64,000 nucleotides of DNA from Guillardia theta CCMP2712. Taxonomy: Eukaryota > Protista > Cryptophyta. Both the position numbers and the translations under genes were made by a program. Below, in pieces: positions 60,578 to 64,000 of this stretch. The stretch is taken from NCBI RefSeq assembly GCF_000315625.1, contig NW_005434670.1:347072-411071 (forward strand), in the 5' to 3' direction. The first letter of the stretch is position 1. Every line of letters starts with the position of its first letter. The notes under the pieces were generated by a model. The model ran no database searches and was not told the DNA's origin. It saw nothing but the letters and a program-made list of their open reading frames with translations.

Positions 60578-61983
60578 GCTGACGGTTGTTCAGACCTCGA
60601 CAAGAGAGGGCACTTGTCTCTGAAGTGACCGAACTTCTGACAGTTGTAGCACTTCACCTTCTTCTTGTCGAACTTCTTCTCCTTGCCCTGCATGTCCTCG
60701 CTCTGAGTAGGAGCCGACCGCTTGCCCTCATGACGAGGTTGTGCTTGGGTGAAATGAAGACTCGTCTGACCGTCTTGTGGGTGTCTCTGACGCAGATTAA
60801 GAGCTTCGCGATACAACTGCGGCAAATACTTGCCCATCTCCGACGGCTCCGCATGATAAGTAATCCCAAACGTCTTACCATCGCGTTCCATCAGCATGCT
60901 CAATTCCTTCCGTAGCATGGCACGCGCATAGTCCATTTGAATCCCATCGACAAAGGCGCGTTCCCAGCTACCTAGCGCGACACTAGGTCTCTTGGACACA
61001 AGGTAGCACGCCTGCAGGTGTGTAACCATCGCCTGGAATCTTGCGGTGTACGCCTCGACGGACTCCTTGGGCCCTTGCCTAGCCTGCTTCTGCACATGAC
61101 GCTCAAGTTTCTCAATAAACTCGAACGGTAACCATTTCAACAACAGTTTCTCCACAAACTGTTCCCAATCACCATGCTCAGCTGAGAACTGATCTTGCTC
61201 AGCCATCGGGAGTGTAGCCCACCATAGCTGCACCTCCGGCCCGAACGCAGAGATGGCCGCTCCTACCCATCGATGGCGTGCTATACGGTGAAATTTACAC
61301 CTGCCTTCGATATATCCGAGCCATGAGACCACCGACCTCTCCATGGTCTGCTCACCATTGTACTGCAACAATGACTTCGGATCCAGCTTGCAAATCTGAC
61401 CACCGTCATTCTCCGCATGCTTAAGCTTGTGAGGCTTGTCCTCGGGTTCCCGAACCCGCTCACAAAGCAGTACACGCATCTCCGCTGCCTCCTTGGCAAG
61501 CCTACGGTTCTCTCGCTGGGATTCCTCAAGTGCCCTCACAAGATCCTGGAGTTTGCGATCAGCTTCTCTCTGGGATTCTGCGAGTGCATTTACGAGATTG
61601 TGCATCTTATCCATGTTGTTCTGTTCCACAGACCTGAGCTCTCTACATGTCCGGCGTAGGTGCTCATTTTCTTCCACGATGTCACGAAAACTGGCCTTCA
61701 AGGGAAGGGCGGGACCATCTCTTTCGTTTTCATCCCTACTCTCCAACCATGAAGGCACTGTACGACCACTGTCAACACTATCGTCACGTACAACAGCCTC
61801 CTGCTGGATGACAGTTTCCGACGGATCGTACGCATGTGACTGCGGCGACATGCCTGTCACCGTAGGAAAGCGCGGCTCTGCTGACCCATTCAATGTCTCC
61901 TTCACAAAGCTGCCCAACCGCGACATGCTTCGACTCATGAAGTCCGAGACAACGCTACCTGACTGAATGCTCGTCCTATCCAT
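60565..61983 (-). CDS. Gag with CCHC zinc knuckle
   Basis: QGPKESVEAYTARF (major homology region-like) and CYNCQKFGHFRDKC. Confidence 0.92.
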   Translation of the reverse strand: MDRTSIQSGSVVSDFMSRSMSRLGSFVKETLNGSAEPRFPTVTGMSPQSHAYDPSETVIQQEAVVRDDSVDSGRTVPSWLESRDENERDGPALPLKASFRDIVEENEHLRRTCRELRSVEQNNMDKMHNLVNALAESQREADRKLQDLVRALEESQRENRRLAKEAAEMRVLLCERVREPEDKPHKLKHAENDGGQICKLDPKSLLQYNGEQTMERSVVSWLGYIEGRCKFHRIARHRWVGAAISAFGPEVQLWWATLPMAEQDQFSAEHGDWEQFVEKLLLKWLPFEFIEKLERHVQKQARQGPKESVEAYTARFQAMVTHLQACYLVSKRPSVALGSWERAFVDGIQMDYARAMLRKELSMLMERDGKTFGITYHAEPSEMGKYLPQLYREALNLRQRHPQDGQTSLHFTQAQPRHEGKRSAPTQSEDMQGKEKKFDKKKVKCYNCQKFGHFRDKCPLLSRSEQPSALNQ

Positions 61984-62029
61984 GTTTTCTTGAACAACTT
62001 CTTTCAACACAACAACTCCGAGAGGAAAA

Positions 62030-62047
62030 CCAGGCCTTCGCGTACCA
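62030..62047 (-). other. Primer-binding site TGGTACGCGAAGGCCTGG
   Basis: TGG start 3 nt after the ...TAACA end of the 5' LTR; priming tRNA not identified. Confidence 0.7.
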
Positions 62048-62539
62048 AAATGTTAGGAAAACTTCCTAAAAGTATCTCTCGATCCAGTGTTGACACACGA
62101 AGTGATCCCGTCAAGAAAGCGGAGAGGATCCCCTGACAGCCATCCGNNNNNNNNNNNNNNNNNNNNNNNNNNNNNNNNNNNNNNNNNNNNNNNNNNNNNN
62201 NNNNNNNNNNNNNNNNNNNNNNNNNNNNNNNNNNNNNNNNNNNNNNATTATAAGTCACGATCCATGCACTGTAAGTCGTATGATCATGACGTTGGTCCAC
62301 CCTTACATTGGTAGCTCTGCCGACCTGACCAAGTGGGGGGAGGTCAACCTCGACGCCCTCCATGTTGCAGCGTCTGAGAAGATTCGCAAACATCGCGCTG
62401 CATATGCCATGACTACTCCTCCTCGAGCGGTACCGTGTTCCTGTGTCCAGCCTCCCTCCGGACCCCCGGGCAACGCCGGCTCCTTGTCGGCGGCTGCCCT
62501 TTCTCCGTCCGCGGCCGCCCGCTTTGTGGCGGCAGGGAA

Positions 62540-63700
62540 CGTCTCGACTGACAGTGGTCAGTCGGCTGCCTCCGGGTATCGCGTCTAAGGGATTTTATTC
62601 CTCCTGCATGCTCCTGCTGCTTGTTGCTTGATTGCTTGACCCTTAGGCTGCTTGTCTGCGCGGCTTCGCGCTTGGGCTGGCGCTGCCGCGTCTGGTTGCC
62701 AGCAGTGCTGGTTCTTTTCGGGCTTGTGTTTTGTGTGTGATTGTGCAGCTTCTCGCTGTGGACTGTGTGCCTGCCGGTTCAGCTTGTTCCTGCTTTGTTT
62801 TGCTTGAGGCACTTTTTACCTTCTGCCAGTAAATCCATTACCTCCTCGAGCGTTCATCCCTCTTGCCATCTCGACGGACGGTACCCTGCATCCTGACACC
62901 CTCCGCTTCATCTGGTATCTGGTGGACATCATTGCTCAGCGCTCGATGCCTCTTGAGGATGCGGCGTTTGGTCGGCACTTCGTGCCTGATGATGGACCTG
63001 CTGCTGAGGTCTTGGCTCGCAAGCGCGCCGCCACCTATCAGCGCCTCACTATGCAGCTGACGCTGGAGGCGCTCTTGTCTGGTGCGAGGCGCATGACGCC
63101 CTTGCGGGCGCAAGCACTTCTCGAGCCAGAGGACAGCTCCTCCTCGGACTTTGTCGAGTCGCCCGAGGAGGAGTCTTCGAGTCGCCGGAGGTCTCCGACT
63201 CCGATGGGGGAAACACTTCGAGTGGCGCCGACGACCGGCGCGGACTCCGCTAGCGAGGCGTCTCCGTCCCTGTGACTGTGACGTCGGGTGCCTCCGGAGA
63301 GCTCGACACCACTGGGGTGCTTGCTGCTGGACCGAGCTCGCCTGCTTCCTCCCCGGCATCGGTCGGGTCACGCCGGTCCTTGAGCATTGCTGCGGCGTCG
63401 CCGCCGTCACGGGTACCGCTGACTCGGAGGCTAGCGAGGAGGACTACCTCGAGCGGTACCGTGTTCCTGTGTCCAGCCTCCCTCCGTCCGCTGCCCCAGG
63501 CGGACCCCCGGGCAACGCCGGCTCCTTGTCGGCGGCGGTCAATGGATTTACTGGCAGAAGGTAAAAAGTGCCTCAAGCAAAACAAAGCAGGAACAAGCTA
63601 AACCTCCAGGCACACAGCACACAGCGAGAAGCTGCACAATCACACACAAAACACAAGCCCGAAAAGAACCAGCACTGCTGGCACCCAGACGCGGCATCGC
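62540..63700. mobile_element. Foldback structure: module (-), RLE fragment, module (+, partial)
   Basis: ...CCAGTAAATCCATT (62826-62839) and AATGGATTTACTGG... (63541-63554) face each other around retroelement sequence. Confidence 0.7.
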
Positions 63701-64000
63701 GGCTGCCCTTTCTCCGTCCGCGGCCGCCCGCTTTGTGGCCATAGGATTTACTGGCAGAAGGTAAAAAGGGGATTTTATTCCTCCTGCATGCTCCTGCTGC
63801 TTGTTGCTTGATTGCCTGACCCTTAGGCTGCTTGTCTGCGCGGCTTTGCGCTTGGGCTGGCGGTGCCGCTTCTGGGTGCCAGCAATGCTGGTTCTGTTAG
63901 GATTTGGGTTTTTGTTTTGGTTGTGGCGTTCTCGGTGTTCGCTTTCACCCTAGTCTTTTTTTTTTGTTTTTTTTTTCTTTTTTTTTCTTTTTTGTTTCAC

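Larger units (their letters stand above)
56511..62118 (-). mobile_element. Ty3/Gypsy chromovirus LTR retrotransposon
   Basis: gag-PR-RT-RH-IN-chromodomain order; matching LTR ends at 56511 and 62051; PBS and PPT-like signals. Confidence 0.95.

Noticed and set aside
63900-64000. Poly(A) tail of a minus-strand retroposon
   Set aside because: The module sequence decays gradually into T-rich sequence, which looks like a low-quality read end

Overview
Eukaryotic nuclear DNA, most consistent with a cryptophyte alga (inferred from the gene density, many ~45-55 nt GT-AG introns, a bipartite 'ASAF' leader and a signal-plus-'LRGG' leader). Recognisable genes: an RRM protein fragment, a YSQNGEDG-type methyltransferase, a Crypton-derived tyrosine-recombinase-fold/GCR1_C protein lacking its catalytic residues, a plastid-targeted cyclophilin-like plus PDZ protein, ARL2BP (BART), a Hedgehog-type Hint (Hog) protein, arginase, a SAM-ABCF protein, ARMC9 and a GT6 (ABO-like) fusion. 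Two repeat regions stand out. (1) At 3.9-10.8 kb, a ~1.79-kb tandem array of an orphan gene cassette. Its ~505-bp internal segment is precisely inverted between TA dinucleotides in copy 1, and copy 2 carries a 236-bp insertion with no exact target-site duplication (TSD). (2) At 53.5-64 kb, a TE cluster: a 301-bp TIR element, ~290-bp foldback modules enclosing fragments of an RLE-type non-LTR retroelement, and a Ty3/Gypsy chromovirus with a U-UUA-AAC -1 frameshift signal. Exon boundaries were read by eye, family calls come from motif recognition, and no searches were run.
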